Source: an uncultured Gammaproteobacteria bacterium
Lineage (GTDB): Bacteria > Patescibacteriota > Microgenomatia > Levybacterales > GWA1-39-11
DNA length: 64,000 nt
Assembly (NCBI GenBank): GCA_964511965.1
Contig: CAZEGF010000008.1
Location: 3,497 to 67,496, forward strand
Direction of reading: 5' to 3'
Shown here: positions 47,768 through 58,117 of the stretch, one piece after another
How the letters are laid out: every line of letters begins with the position of its first letter
Numbering within the stretch: position 1 is the first letter of the stretch
Notes under the pieces: model-generated
Database searches by the model: none
What the model was told of the DNA's origin: nothing
The model's input: only the letters and a program-made list of their open reading frames with translations
Made by a program: the position numbers and the translations under genes

Positions 47768-48802
47768 ATGTATCGTCCAGCCTTTTCAATTACAAATAAA
47801 ATTCTAAAAAATATCGGCGAGATAGAAGCCGCAAAGGAAGTTATTGAGCACGCCCCCCTTTTGCCTTATTGGGAAAAAAGATTTCAGGATGAGGCTATTC
47901 TTCGCACAACTCATTACGGAACGCACATAGAGGGAAATGAACTCTCCTTGACGCAGGTACAAAAAGTGCTTGATGGTGAAAGGGTTGTTGCGCGTGACCG
48001 TGATGTTCAAGAGGTTATTAACTATAGAAAAGTTGTCGAATACATAGGGGACAAAAAAAATATAACAATCGACGAAGGAACAATTCTTGATCTTCATAAG
48101 CTTGTTGTTGAGAAAATTTTAGATGAGGATGTTTCTGGAAAATACCGCGAGAAAGAAGTTGTTATACGAAATAGCATAACGGGGGACGTTTCTTTCCGTC
48201 CACCTCACGCTGTTGAAGTAGAGTGGCAGATGAAAGATCTTATCGAATTTATACATGAGGAAAAAGAAATCCACCCCGTACTAAAGGCTGGGATTGTTCA
48301 CTATGAATTTGTACGCGTTCATCCTTTTTTGGATGGGAACGGAAGAGTAGGAAGAGCACTTTCGATGTTGGTTCTTTTTTCAGATGGGTATGATATCCGT
48401 GAATTTTTCTCTCTTGAGGAGCATTTTGACCGAAATGCAGAGGAATATTATAAAGCGCTTCAAAGTGTTGCTATGCACAATGGGGATGTTACCTTCTGGC
48501 TTGAATATTTTACGCAGTGTCTTGCTATTGAACTTTCAAAGATAAAAGAAAAAATTGAGCATATCTCAATAGATAGCAAGCTCAAAGAAAAACTCGGAGG
48601 CGCACCGGTTATGCTTACTGAGCGTCAACTAAAACTCATAGAATACATGCAGGAGATCGGATATCTAGAAAATAAATCATTTTCGAGCCTTTTTCCTGAT
48701 ATATCAGAAGATTCTGTTCTTCGTGAGGTACAAGATTTGGTAAAAAAAGGTATAATCGTCAAGAAAGGAAAGACCAAAGGAGTTAAATATTTAATGGCAT
48801 AG
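47768..48802 (+). CDS. Fic family protein with N-terminal inhibitory motif and C-terminal HTH
   Basis: HPFLDGNGRVGR; THIEGN. Confidence 0.93.
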   Translation: MYRPAFSITNKILKNIGEIEAAKEVIEHAPLLPYWEKRFQDEAILRTTHYGTHIEGNELSLTQVQKVLDGERVVARDRDVQEVINYRKVVEYIGDKKNITIDEGTILDLHKLVVEKILDEDVSGKYREKEVVIRNSITGDVSFRPPHAVEVEWQMKDLIEFIHEEKEIHPVLKAGIVHYEFVRVHPFLDGNGRVGRALSMLVLFSDGYDIREFFSLEEHFDRNAEEYYKALQSVAMHNGDVTFWLEYFTQCLAIELSKIKEKIEHISIDSKLKEKLGGAPVMLTERQLKLIEYMQEIGYLENKSFSSLFPDISEDSVLREVQDLVKKGIIVKKGKTKGVKYLMA

Positions 48803-48818
48803 GCGAAGCCTGTGCCAC

Positions 48819-49346
48819 ATGATGGCAAAACATATGGAAGTAACAGATGGGATAGATAAAGATAGAGAGAAATTTGATACTCATAGATACCTTGCACCAG
48901 CAGAGCATGTTGTAATTGGTAGTACTGCAAAGGTAGGAGATGGTACTTTTGCAAGCGTCGATTTTTTTAGAATGATTAGTGAAGGTGGAATGTCTGAAGA
49001 ATACAGAAAGCCACCAGCAGTAAAAGATGGAAGCGTAGAGAATGCAAATAACGCGAGGAAAAAGGCTTATCTTGCTGGAGCACTATCCCCATTTACAGTC
49101 GATCAGATTGATATAATGTTTGACTATCCACATACATCTCAAGCTTTTTTTCCAGGGGAGCTTGACGAGGAAGGGCTAATTGGCGACAGTTTTAAAGTTG
49201 CAATAGTTGACACAGATACCGATGAAATTGTCCACCCAGAACTTTTAGATAAGCTCGTATTGGCAGGAGAATGGAAAACAACGCATGAAATTAAGCATAA
49301 TGACGATCATATAATGATAGCTCCAATAGTCCCAATATTTAAATGA
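48819..49346 (+). CDS. Hypothetical protein
   Basis: 175-aa ORF; stop overlaps ligase start. Confidence 0.6.
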   Translation: MMAKHMEVTDGIDKDREKFDTHRYLAPAEHVVIGSTAKVGDGTFASVDFFRMISEGGMSEEYRKPPAVKDGSVENANNARKKAYLAGALSPFTVDQIDIMFDYPHTSQAFFPGELDEEGLIGDSFKVAIVDTDTDEIVHPELLDKLVLAGEWKTTHEIKHNDDHIMIAPIVPIFK

Positions 49347-51127
49347 CATTTAAAGACTTTTCCATCTATCTCCAAAAGCTAGAAAAGACTGCGTCACGAA
49401 ATGACATGATTCTACTCCTGGCAGAACTTTTTAAAGAAGTGCCAGCAAATGACTTTGATAAAGTTATGTATCTTTTGCAGGGCAGGGTGGTTCCTTTATA
49501 TGTTAATGTCGAATTTGGCATGGCCGATAAGATGATAATAAAGGCCCTATCAGTTGCATATGAAATTGATGAAAAATCAGTTTCAGTGGATTTTAAGAAA
49601 ATTGGAGATATCGGAGAGCTAGCGGAACTGCTAGCATCGAAATTCTCAAATCTCAAGTCTCAAATCTCAATTTCAGAGGTTTACAGCGAGTTAGAAAAGA
49701 TTGCAAAAATAAGCGGTGAGGGAAGTGTTGAACAAAAAACTAATACACTATCCAATTTACTCAAATCAGCAGATCCTCTATCCTGCCGATATATTGCGCG
49801 AATTCCGGTCGCCAAATTAAGACTTGGTTTTTCTGACATGACGGTTTTGGATTCTTTGTCCTGGATGCTAAAGGGAGACAAATCGCTTCGTCCTATAATT
49901 GAAAAGGCATACAACATAAGACCAGACCTTGGATACATCGGCAAGTTGATAAAAGAAAAGGGAGTAGAGGGTCTTAACTCTACAAAACCTACTGTTGGCA
50001 CACCAGTTCTTATGGCACGTGCTGAAAGGCTTTCATCTGGTCAAGAAATAATAGACAAAATTGGTGAGTGTGCAGTTGAACCAAAATTTGATGGTTTTCG
50101 TATACAAGCACATTTTAAGAGGTCAAAAGTCAGTGGTCAGAAGTCAGAAGTGACTCTCTTTACCCGTGGACTTGAGGAAGTAACTTTTATGTACCCAGAT
50201 ATTGAGGCGGGAATTATTGAACAGGTGAAAGCAGACGAGGCAATTTTTGAAGGGGAAGCAATCGCATATAATCCTACTACCAACGAATATCTTCCTTTTC
50301 AACTTACTTCGCAGCGAAAAAGAAAATACGATATTGAGGAAATGGCCAGAAAAATACCCCTCAAGTATATGGTTTTTGATCTACTTTATTTAGATGGAAA
50401 GAATATGATTTCAGAAACTTACGAAAAGAGGAGAGCTGGGTTTAAAAACTTGATGAACGAGGGTGCAGTTCTTTATCCTTCCGATGAAAAGAAATTCTCG
50501 AACGGGAAAGAAATCGAGAACTATTTTGACAAGTGTATTGCTGATGGTCTTGAAGGTATTCTTGCTAAAAAGCTTGATGGATCATATCAGGCAGGGGCAA
50601 GAAGCTGGAATTGGATCAAGTTAAAAAGGTCATATCAGTCAAAACTTGACGACACTATAGATTGTGTTGTGATGGGCTATTATTATGGCCGAGGAAAAAG
50701 GACGAGCTTTGGAATTGGTGCATTTCTTATCGGAATTTATGATGAAAAGCAGGATAAATTTATGACAATAGCAAAAGTTGGAACCGGGCTTACTGATGAG
50801 GAGTGGAAGGAATTGGCCAAAAGAGGGGATAAACTAAAATCCAAAACAAAACCCGCACTTTATGAGGTTGATAAGTGGTTGGAGCCTGATGTTTGGATAA
50901 CGCCTGAAATTGTAGTTGAGATACGAGCTGATGAATTGACACGTTCCCCTATACATACTGCGGGAAGGCTTATGAAGGCCTCAAAATCGGGCTCTGCTTT
51001 CGATGTAGACGTTGCTGGTTATGCTCTTCGATTCCCGCGGCTTGAGCGTTTTCGCGACGACAAAAAACCGACTGACGCAACCACTTTAAAAGAAGTAGAG
51101 GAGATATTCAAACTGCAGAAGAAATAA
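49343..51127 (+). CDS. ATP-dependent DNA ligase (archaeal/eukaryotic type with DNA-binding domain)
   Basis: EPKFDGFRIQAH, EGEAI, FDLLY.DG, EGILAK, WIKLK, LRFPR....R.DK. Confidence 0.95.
   Translation: MTFKDFSIYLQKLEKTASRNDMILLLAELFKEVPANDFDKVMYLLQGRVVPLYVNVEFGMADKMIIKALSVAYEIDEKSVSVDFKKIGDIGELAELLASKFSNLKSQISISEVYSELEKIAKISGEGSVEQKTNTLSNLLKSADPLSCRYIARIPVAKLRLGFSDMTVLDSLSWMLKGDKSLRPIIEKAYNIRPDLGYIGKLIKEKGVEGLNSTKPTVGTPVLMARAERLSSGQEIIDKIGECAVEPKFDGFRIQAHFKRSKVSGQKSEVTLFTRGLEEVTFMYPDIEAGIIEQVKADEAIFEGEAIAYNPTTNEYLPFQLTSQRKRKYDIEEMARKIPLKYMVFDLLYLDGKNMISETYEKRRAGFKNLMNEGAVLYPSDEKKFSNGKEIENYFDKCIADGLEGILAKKLDGSYQAGARSWNWIKLKRSYQSKLDDTIDCVVMGYYYGRGKRTSFGIGAFLIGIYDEKQDKFMTIAKVGTGLTDEEWKELAKRGDKLKSKTKPALYEVDKWLEPDVWITPEIVVEIRADELTRSPIHTAGRLMKASKSGSAFDVDVAGYALRFPRLERFRDDKKPTDATTLKEVEEIFKLQKK
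49641..49675. repeat. Heptamer array 1 inside ligase
   Basis: AATTCTC AAATCTC AAGTCTC AAATCTC AATTTCA. Confidence 0.85.
50121..50151. repeat. Heptamer array 2 inside ligase
   Basis: GGTCAAA AGTCAGT GGTCAGA AGTCAGA AGT. Confidence 0.8.
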
Positions 51128-51129
51128 TG

Positions 51130-51396
51130 TTAATCGAAAGATAGTCCGTAGTTTCCATTTGAGATAATTAGTGTTTGATTATCAATTAGTTCTTGAAACC
51201 CTAAATCAATATCTCGACGTGCCACATTAGAATTTTCCGCAACAACCATAATTGGGTCTTTATCAGGGGAATTTGCAACTGCGCTCATCACGAGTTCAAG
51301 AATCCCATTTCTCGCGTCTTCAGTTTGATCGAGATAGTGCAAACTCGGAGGTTTATATCCATCTAAGATAAGTTTTTCTTCGGATTCACCAGACAT
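51130..51396 (-). CDS. Small hypothetical protein
   Basis: 88 aa; TATACT 6 nt before ATG. Confidence 0.55.
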   Translation of the reverse strand: MSGESEEKLILDGYKPPSLHYLDQTEDARNGILELVMSAVANSPDKDPIMVVAENSNVARRDIDLGFQELIDNQTLIISNGNYGLSFD

Positions 51397-51440
51397 AAGG
51401 TTAGTATAATTGAGTTTTATTGATAATCAATAGTATTTTT

Positions 51441-53174
51441 TCACCAGCTTCCGCCGCCGCCTCCACCACCTCCACCACCAGATGATCCTCCGGAAAAACC
51501 AGATCCTGAAGAAGAGGGTGGGGTTGATGAGACTGCAAAATTTGAATAGGAATTTGAAAGACTGTTTGCAAATATGATGGTATTAAAATGTGTAGAAGAT
51601 GTCTCTTCATACCAATCTGGATTTTTTAGATCAAAGTCTGCAAACCTTTTTGCCCACTGTTTCTCAACGCCAAAAGCCATGGCATATGGCAATAATTTTT
51701 CAAATAGCATCTGCTTTTCTCCCTGAAAATTAAGCTGCCTCTCTTGAGATGTCAGAAAGTTTTTAAGACCTTGCGCTTGTTTTGCGGTTTGGGCACCCAA
51801 AAGCGTTTTCCTAGGCATGACACGGCCAAACACAAAAGCTATAAATGCCATAACAAAATTAAAGGTGAAAAGACCAAGACTTCCGAGTACATAATATTTT
51901 GCCCGGGTAGTATTTGGATTTTCGGTAAAATAACCATGTTTGACTAAAAGTGAGTAAAGTTCTTTCTGAACAGCAGCAGTGGTTGTGTAGATTTTTACTT
52001 TCTTAAGTTCCACATCTTCTCCATCCTCAAACAATCCGTCATATAGCGTTTGTTCAAAGGGAAGAAGTGAATCTTTTTTCTTTGGGACGTCTTTTAAGAG
52101 ATGAAACTCTTTGTTTTTAGGTTCTGAAATTTTAAGATACCCCCGTCTTGCAAGATCAATTATGGATGAGAAAATATCGCGGTTATTTACCGTTTCATCT
52201 ATTAAAGCTCCAGTTTCAGCCGGCGTTAGGAACCTTTTCCCAACTTTTGGTGGGTCAAAAGTTGCTCTTACAGCAATTCCAACTTCCGGATCACGGCCAT
52301 GCCTATACCACTTTAAGATCAGATATACCGGTAGCACTATATACCAAAGGAAAGCGGCAATTAGAATTCCAAGGAGAGTTAATTTTCCATACCACCTATC
52401 AAAAAATGGAACAAAAACTTCAGGTTTTAGTACTTCAACAATTCCTTTTGGAAAGCCTTCAACAAATGTTAGCCCTTCTGAGGAATTGAGAAAGAGGGTA
52501 GTTGTAAAAGTAGCAGTTGTGCCATCAGTTGAGCCTGTGCAATTATGTTTGGTTGAACCATTTGGACCTGTATAGCACAAAAGTTTTATTTGTTCTGTTG
52601 TTAATGTTTGTGGCAAAGTAATCGTTGCAGTCGCTTTTTTTATTGGTACATCCCAACCGGTACCTGTAACATTCCAATACAATTCATCGTGATCGGAAAA
52701 ATACCCTAACTCTCCACGCGCTTCATAAGAAATGATGTATGTGTGTTCTCCTTCGATGGTGCGATTTGGGTCACCGATTTTAAGTACCCATTGCTCTCCA
52801 CTTTTAGAAGTAGATAAAGTATATTTTTTGCCTTTTTCATCTCTTACTTTGTCAAATTTGAAGGCGACATCATACCTTTTTCCATTATCATATTTTGTGA
52901 ATGGGATGTTCCGGTAAATTCCATGCCGAGGATAATCAAAGAAATATTTAATAGTTTCAGTAACTTTAATTGATCCGTCTTTTTGAACAAGAATGTTTGA
53001 TTGAAAGTCCTCAATCCTCTCCCCAGTAGCGCTATTATTGATCGTTTCCATTGTTTGTTTTTCAAGTTCAGACTGGGAATTTATTTCAAAAGCATGAACC
53101 GGTTTAACAAGCAAAAAGTAAAAAGCAAAAAGCAAAAAGATAATTTTGAATAGATATTTCATAGATTGCTTCAT
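51441..53174 (-). CDS. DUF2207 domain membrane protein
   Basis: DGSI.VTE.I, ELYWN..G..W, LPYA.AFG...W, GGSSGGGGGGGGGGSW tail. Confidence 0.92.
   Translation of the reverse strand: MKQSMKYLFKIIFLLFAFYFLLVKPVHAFEINSQSELEKQTMETINNSATGERIEDFQSNILVQKDGSIKVTETIKYFFDYPRHGIYRNIPFTKYDNGKRYDVAFKFDKVRDEKGKKYTLSTSKSGEQWVLKIGDPNRTIEGEHTYIISYEARGELGYFSDHDELYWNVTGTGWDVPIKKATATITLPQTLTTEQIKLLCYTGPNGSTKHNCTGSTDGTTATFTTTLFLNSSEGLTFVEGFPKGIVEVLKPEVFVPFFDRWYGKLTLLGILIAAFLWYIVLPVYLILKWYRHGRDPEVGIAVRATFDPPKVGKRFLTPAETGALIDETVNNRDIFSSIIDLARRGYLKISEPKNKEFHLLKDVPKKKDSLLPFEQTLYDGLFEDGEDVELKKVKIYTTTAAVQKELYSLLVKHGYFTENPNTTRAKYYVLGSLGLFTFNFVMAFIAFVFGRVMPRKTLLGAQTAKQAQGLKNFLTSQERQLNFQGEKQMLFEKLLPYAMAFGVEKQWAKRFADFDLKNPDWYEETSSTHFNTIIFANSLSNSYSNFAVSSTPPSSSGSGFSGGSSGGGGGGGGGGSW
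53109..53139. repeat. Heptamer array encoding part of the DUF2207 signal peptide
   Basis: AAGCAAA AAGTAAA AAGCAAA AAGCAAA AAG; FLLFAFYFLL on the minus strand. Confidence 0.75.
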
Positions 53175-53192
53175 TTCACTCGCAATGACTGT

Positions 53193-53498
53193 TTAGACAT
53201 TCTCAAAATAAACTGATAGGTCAATGTGGGTTTCGTCTTTAAAAACAATTCCTTCACGTTCAAGCCTTTTTCTTTGTTCTCCAATCCCTCCAAAAGCATA
53301 GCCGGGTGCAATTCTTCCATCCCTGTTTACAACTCGGTGGCAAGGAACTTCTCCTTCATAAGGATTTAAATGTAGTGCTGTACCAACTGTTCTTGGGGAC
53401 ATATGGAGCTTTTTGCCTATGGCACCATATGTAGTAACTTTTCCTTTAGGGATTTTGCTGACCAGCTCGTATACTTTTTCGCGATAATCTTTAGTCAT
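53193..53498 (-). CDS. MGMT family O6-alkylguanine alkyltransferase (short form)
   Basis: IPKGKVTTYG, R.VG.AL, PCHRVV (catalytic Cys retained). Confidence 0.9.
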   Translation of the reverse strand: MTKDYREKVYELVSKIPKGKVTTYGAIGKKLHMSPRTVGTALHLNPYEGEVPCHRVVNRDGRIAPGYAFGGIGEQRKRLEREGIVFKDETHIDLSVYFENV

Positions 53499-54058
53499 CT
53501 CAGAGCAATATAACTCGAAACGTAGCCTATTACAATATACCGAAAAAGTCTTCCTGTAAATGTTAAGAACAAGAATCTTTTTATTGGATATTTTGAGATT
53601 CCTGCAACCATACCTATCCCGTCAAAGAGAGGATTTGGGATAAAAGCAAAGAACAGTATGACAATTCCACCCCATCTATCAAATACTTTCTTTTTAAAGC
53701 GCTTCAAGCTTTTGTGTTTCTCAAGATTAAAAGCTTTACTTGAAGTATATCCGAAAAGAAAAGTGGTTCCCTCACCAATTGCACCTCCAAGTGCTGCAAC
53801 AAAAGCTACAAGAAGGGGATTAGTTGTAGTTGCAGAAATTCCTACTGATAGGAAAGCAGGGGTTGGTAAGAAAATTGTTGCACTTCCAATTAAATTAAGC
53901 AAAAATACACCAACTAACCCCAATGATCTAAATTCTTTGTGGTTTATCTGATAAAAAACAGGGAGGAAAAGAATTATTCCAAGAATAAAAAGAAGTAAGA
54001 AATACAGTTTTTTATGATGACGTTGATTGCGGCGCAGACGGGCAAGTATTGGCTTCAT
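53495..54058 (-). CDS. DedA/VTT (SNARE-associated) membrane protein
   Basis: G..IGE......G, IPNPLFD..G..AG, GR..RY. Confidence 0.85.
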   Translation of the reverse strand: MKPILARLRRNQRHHKKLYFLLLFILGIILFLPVFYQINHKEFRSLGLVGVFLLNLIGSATIFLPTPAFLSVGISATTTNPLLVAFVAALGGAIGEGTTFLFGYTSSKAFNLEKHKSLKRFKKKVFDRWGGIVILFFAFIPNPLFDGIGMVAGISKYPIKRFLFLTFTGRLFRYIVIGYVSSYIALR

Positions 54059-54059
54059 G

Positions 54060-54320
54060 TTACTTATGTTCTTCTTTCAATTGCTTTAACTTCCACATAA
54101 AAAGTGCGCCTTTTTTGTCAACCTTAGCATCCTTACAGTATGAAAGAGCTTTTTCAAGGATGGAGCGGTGGACCGTTTTTGCGAGCTTAATATAAAGGGC
54201 TTTATGTTTGTAGTCATTTAATTCTTCAGAAAGATAAATACCATAATTTTGAAACTCTCGGGAAATATATTTGTCTTCTGTCGGATTAAACTTTTTTAAG
54301 ATGTCTGAAATTTGGTCCAC
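54060..54320 (-). CDS. Small hypothetical protein
   Basis: YISREFQ.YG, LYIKLAK, LFMWK; start moved to GTG 54320 because the ORF-track extension is the heptamer array. Confidence 0.7.
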   Translation of the reverse strand: MDQISDILKKFNPTEDKYISREFQNYGIYLSEELNDYKHKALYIKLAKTVHRSILEKALSYCKDAKVDKKGALFMWKLKQLKEEHK

Positions 54321-54342
54321 TGCAAATAAGTATAGCATCAGG

Positions 54343-54374
54343 AATTGAGAATTGAGAATTGAAAATTGAGAATT
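54343..54374. repeat. Heptamer array between divergent genes
   Basis: AATTGAG AATTGAG AATTGAA AATTGAG AATT. Confidence 0.9.
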
Positions 54375-54399
54375 ACATATGATACTATTGCTCAATCTC

Positions 54400-55080
54400 G
54401 TGAAGTACAAAGTCAATTTTGAATTATCTCTCAAGAAAAATCCATATAAAGGTCTTTATATTGCTCTTGAGGGAATTGATGGGTGTGGAAAGACGACACA
54501 GGTAGAAAGAGTTGCTCAGTATTTTAGAGATCAAGGGTGTGAAGTAGTAACAACCCGTGAGCCAAGAAAAGAAGGAATTCTAGGAGATATCATACATAAA
54601 GTACTTCTTGGAAAAGAAAAACTTCCCACTGCTTCAATACAATACTTATTTACCGCAGATAGGGTAGCAAATCATCATAGTACCGTTCTTCCTGCTCTTG
54701 AGAGAGGGGCTGTTGTTATAACGGATAGGTGTCTTTGGTCGGCTGTTGTTTATGGGATATTAGATAGAACAGGAGGAGTTTATGACAAAAATGATGCAGA
54801 CGTGATCTTGATATCTCAGGGGATTCTTTCGATGTATCATCAATTTATCATTCCAGACTATACATTTTATCTCAAAGTATCAGTTGAAGAGTCGATGAGA
54901 AGATTGAGAGCCAAAGATGACACGAAAGAAATCTATGAGGAAGAGTCAAATATCGCAAAGCTATATACGGGGTACAATTATCTGAAAGAGAGATTTCCTG
55001 AAGAATTAAATGTGATAAATGGTGAAATGAGTATTGAAAAAGTTACACAACAGATATTAAATACAGTAACCCAAAAATGA
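54400..55080 (+). CDS. tmk: Thymidylate kinase
   Basis: EGIDGCGKTTQ, TREP, LF.ADR, ITDR; start uncertain (54379 or 54400). Confidence 0.94.
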   Translation: MKYKVNFELSLKKNPYKGLYIALEGIDGCGKTTQVERVAQYFRDQGCEVVTTREPRKEGILGDIIHKVLLGKEKLPTASIQYLFTADRVANHHSTVLPALERGAVVITDRCLWSAVVYGILDRTGGVYDKNDADVILISQGILSMYHQFIIPDYTFYLKVSVEESMRRLRAKDDTKEIYEEESNIAKLYTGYNYLKERFPEELNVINGEMSIEKVTQQILNTVTQK

Positions 55081-55616
55081 TATTAGGACCAAAAATATTA
55101 TTAGAACTTGTAAAGAAGCAAAAGCTAGTTGAAAATCTGGCTGATCGGGAGCTTACAAATCCCGAAGGCGCTGGATTTGACCTCAGACTTGGAAAAGTTT
55201 TCAAGTTGAAGGGAAATTCTTTATTAGGAATTGAAGACAGAAAAACTCCCGATGTAGTTCTTGTCAAGGAATTTGATCCGAACAAAAAAAGCTCACTTAT
55301 TATAAAGCCAGGACAGATATATCTCACCGAAACGTATGAGAAATTTAATATGCCGCTTGATCTCGTTGGAATTCTAAAACCAAGAACAACGCTTCAAAGA
55401 TCTGGAATTATTGCGAGAATGGCAATTGTCGACCCTGGGTATAGTGGGACAGTTCATCCATTGCTTTTTAACGCTGGTCCAGCAACTGTCGAGATTGAGC
55501 TTGGGGCGCGATATATCTTTGCAATGTTTATGGAGATTAAAGGAAAAGGAAGTAAATACAGAGGTCAATGGCAAGGCGGTCGAGTTGCCGCAACAAAAAG
55601 AGAGAGGCAGGTATAA
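55077..55616 (+). CDS. dcd: dCTP deaminase/trimeric dUTPase family
   Basis: GFDLRL, PRTTL.R.G, VDPGY.G, Y.GQWQ. Confidence 0.75.
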   Translation: MILGPKILLELVKKQKLVENLADRELTNPEGAGFDLRLGKVFKLKGNSLLGIEDRKTPDVVLVKEFDPNKKSSLIIKPGQIYLTETYEKFNMPLDLVGILKPRTTLQRSGIIARMAIVDPGYSGTVHPLLFNAGPATVEIELGARYIFAMFMEIKGKGSKYRGQWQGGRVAATKRERQV

Positions 55617-55619
55617 CAG

Positions 55620-56201
55620 TTGGCAAAAAGAGATATTGAGTTTCTTTATGAGATAGGTGCACTTCGTTTTGTTCAACGAACGTGGAGACAGTTCTTTAGA
55701 GAGGATGTAGCAAATAATTCCGAGCACATTTTCCGGGTTATGTGGACTGCTTTGGCTATTTCAAAGGCAGAAAAAGTTAGGAATGAGGAAAAAATTCTTA
55801 AAATGGCTTTGGTTCACGACATCGGAGAGAGTAGATGTCCCGATAGTAATTATCTCTCAAAAAATTACAGCACCCGCGATGAAGACAAGTCGTTAAAAGA
55901 TATGCTTGTTTCAACCGAGTTTGAAAAAGAATTTATAGAACTCTTTAATGAATACCACGAAAGGAAATCAATTGAGGCAAAAATCGTGAAAGATGCAGAC
56001 AATTTGGATGTAGACTTTGAAATTGTTGAGCACACCTCAAACGGAAGCACTCTGATAAAAAATTGGAAAAGCAAGCGTGCGCGTACCTACAAAGAACTTT
56101 TTACTGCTACTGCCAAGAAAATGTGGAAAGAAATTTATAGTTCAGATCCCAACGCATGGCATGTTAAGGGGTACGAGAAGTACTATAAAAAGAATAAATA
56201 A
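55620..56201 (+). CDS. HD-domain hydrolase (YfbR/HDDC2-like)
   Basis: SEH.FRV, ALVHD.GE, EA.IVKDAD.LD. Confidence 0.88.
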   Translation: MAKRDIEFLYEIGALRFVQRTWRQFFREDVANNSEHIFRVMWTALAISKAEKVRNEEKILKMALVHDIGESRCPDSNYLSKNYSTRDEDKSLKDMLVSTEFEKEFIELFNEYHERKSIEAKIVKDADNLDVDFEIVEHTSNGSTLIKNWKSKRARTYKELFTATAKKMWKEIYSSDPNAWHVKGYEKYYKKNK

Positions 56202-56215
56202 TATATAATGCGCCT

Positions 56216-57097
56216 ATGGCAGCACCAGAAAGACCAAACAACGAAGTAATTGGTCATTTTACATTAACAGTACCTTCAAAACCACTTGAGAGTGATTATG
56301 TTGGTCCACGCTCTGCGTTATTTGTTCCAACTGATAAATTATTAGGGGTTGGATTTGAGCAATCTGATATACATGATGTTGTTGTAGCAACTCGCGATGT
56401 TGATGGATTGTTGACTTCTGTTTCGGAAAATAGAGAATTTGCATGGCGTGGTAAACCAACTGAGCTTGACGGCGGATTAGAAAGTGATTACGGGCGACAA
56501 CAAATAATTGTTTATTCCTTTGTGACAAGTGGGAATAGCATTTTAGTATATGAAAGACCTCACTCATCCGATTCTCGACTTGCAGGAAAAGCTTCTATGG
56601 GTTTTGGTGGGCACACTGAGACTAGTGACAGAACCGATATTACACAATTTGAAGCAGAACCAAAGGATGATAGAGAATTTGCGTCACATGGAATAGAGGA
56701 CGGATCACTAAGTAAAGGTATCCATCGCGAAATTGAAGAAGAACTTGGTATTTCTCCTGATCAGATCGATTTAAAGTTAATTGGTGCTTTTAGAGAAATT
56801 CACCCGCCTGAAAGTTTGCAAGATAGAACAAAACTACCAGTGGGAACAGTTCACACGTGTATCGTTGCGGTTGCTGATCTTTCCCCCGAGGTGTCAAACA
56901 TTTCCCTACAGGAAGAAGAAGTAGGATCAGCAAAATGGGTAAAGATTAATGAAATTCAAGAAATATTGCAAGGATATGAACAATCAGGTGTTGTTGTTGA
57001 AGATTGGACGAAAATCGGCACAACCGAATTTGCAGATATACTTGAAGAACTTGCAAAAAGAGAACCTCAAAAACTACCCGAAATAAAAATAAATTAG
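56216..57097 (+). CDS. NUDIX-family phosphoesterase
   Basis: QIIVY, RL.GK.S.GFGGH, REIEEELG. Confidence 0.82.
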   Translation: MAAPERPNNEVIGHFTLTVPSKPLESDYVGPRSALFVPTDKLLGVGFEQSDIHDVVVATRDVDGLLTSVSENREFAWRGKPTELDGGLESDYGRQQIIVYSFVTSGNSILVYERPHSSDSRLAGKASMGFGGHTETSDRTDITQFEAEPKDDREFASHGIEDGSLSKGIHREIEEELGISPDQIDLKLIGAFREIHPPESLQDRTKLPVGTVHTCIVAVADLSPEVSNISLQEEEVGSAKWVKINEIQEILQGYEQSGVVVEDWTKIGTTEFADILEELAKREPQKLPEIKIN

Positions 57098-57099
57098 AG

Positions 57100-57128
57100 T
57101 TGACAGTGCGCTTCTACAGAAGTATATT
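57100..57128 (+). promoter_or_regulatory. Sigma70 promoter of thyA
   Basis: TTGACA-17 bp-TATATT. Confidence 0.7.
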
Positions 57129-57139
57129 TAGATAATTCT

Positions 57140-58117
57140 ATGGCAGAAAAGCACGGCGAATATCAATACCTCGACTTATTAAAAGAAATTCTCAAGAATG
57201 GTGAACGAAAAGTTGATCGTGGAACAGACATAGTTCTTTATAGTCTCTTTGGCCGTCAAACCCGCTATGATCTTTCAAAAGGAATCCCTGTTCTTACAAC
57301 AAAAAAAGTATATTGGAAAGGTGTTTTGGAAGAACTTTACTGGTTCATGTCAGGTCAAACAAATATCAAATACTTGGTGGACAAAAATGTTCATATTTGG
57401 GATGACTATCCATACAAAATATACCAAGGGAAAATGGAGAAAGAGAAAAAGAACACTCTCACGAAAGATGAATTTATAGAAAAGATCCATAAAGATAGTA
57501 TTTTCGCCAAAAAATGGGGGAATTTACCTCGAATTTATGGAGAAATGTGGAGGCACTGGCCCACTAGAACGAAAGGAAGGACGATAGATCAGCTTAAATG
57601 GATCATGCAAGAGATGAAAGATGATCCAGATGCAAAAAATCTAATTCTTAACTCCTGGAATCCTGAGTATTTGTATACGATGGCAACAAATGAGGATGCA
57701 TCTAGATTTCCGATTTGCCACAACATGTTTCAAGTAAGCCGACGTGGAGACAAACTTTCTCTGCATTTGTATCAGCGTAGTGCCGACATATTTCTTGGAG
57801 TACCATTTAATATTGCTTCATACGCACTTTTAACAATAGTTCTGGCAAAGATTGCAGGGCTTGAGCCGGGAGAATTTATTCATACATTTGGAGATGTTCA
57901 TATTTACGAGAACCATATTCCTCAAGTGAAAGAACAGCTTAAAAGAAAACCTAGACCTTTCCCAACTATAAAGTTTACAAAGAATTTCAAAAGTATTGAT
58001 GATTTTAGACCTGAATTTGTAGAGCTTGTAAATTATGATCCATACCCAATGCTCAAAGCTGAACTGACTGTTGCCGGAGGTCTGTATGACAAGAAGACCG
58101 GAAAAATGGCAAAGTAA
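57140..58117 (+). CDS. thyA: Thymidylate synthase
   Basis: P.LTTKKV, EL.WF, YG..WR, P.CH, YQRSAD.FLGVPFNIASY, GDVHIY.NH. Confidence 0.97.
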   Translation: MAEKHGEYQYLDLLKEILKNGERKVDRGTDIVLYSLFGRQTRYDLSKGIPVLTTKKVYWKGVLEELYWFMSGQTNIKYLVDKNVHIWDDYPYKIYQGKMEKEKKNTLTKDEFIEKIHKDSIFAKKWGNLPRIYGEMWRHWPTRTKGRTIDQLKWIMQEMKDDPDAKNLILNSWNPEYLYTMATNEDASRFPICHNMFQVSRRGDKLSLHLYQRSADIFLGVPFNIASYALLTIVLAKIAGLEPGEFIHTFGDVHIYENHIPQVKEQLKRKPRPFPTIKFTKNFKSIDDFRPEFVELVNYDPYPMLKAELTVAGGLYDKKTGKMAK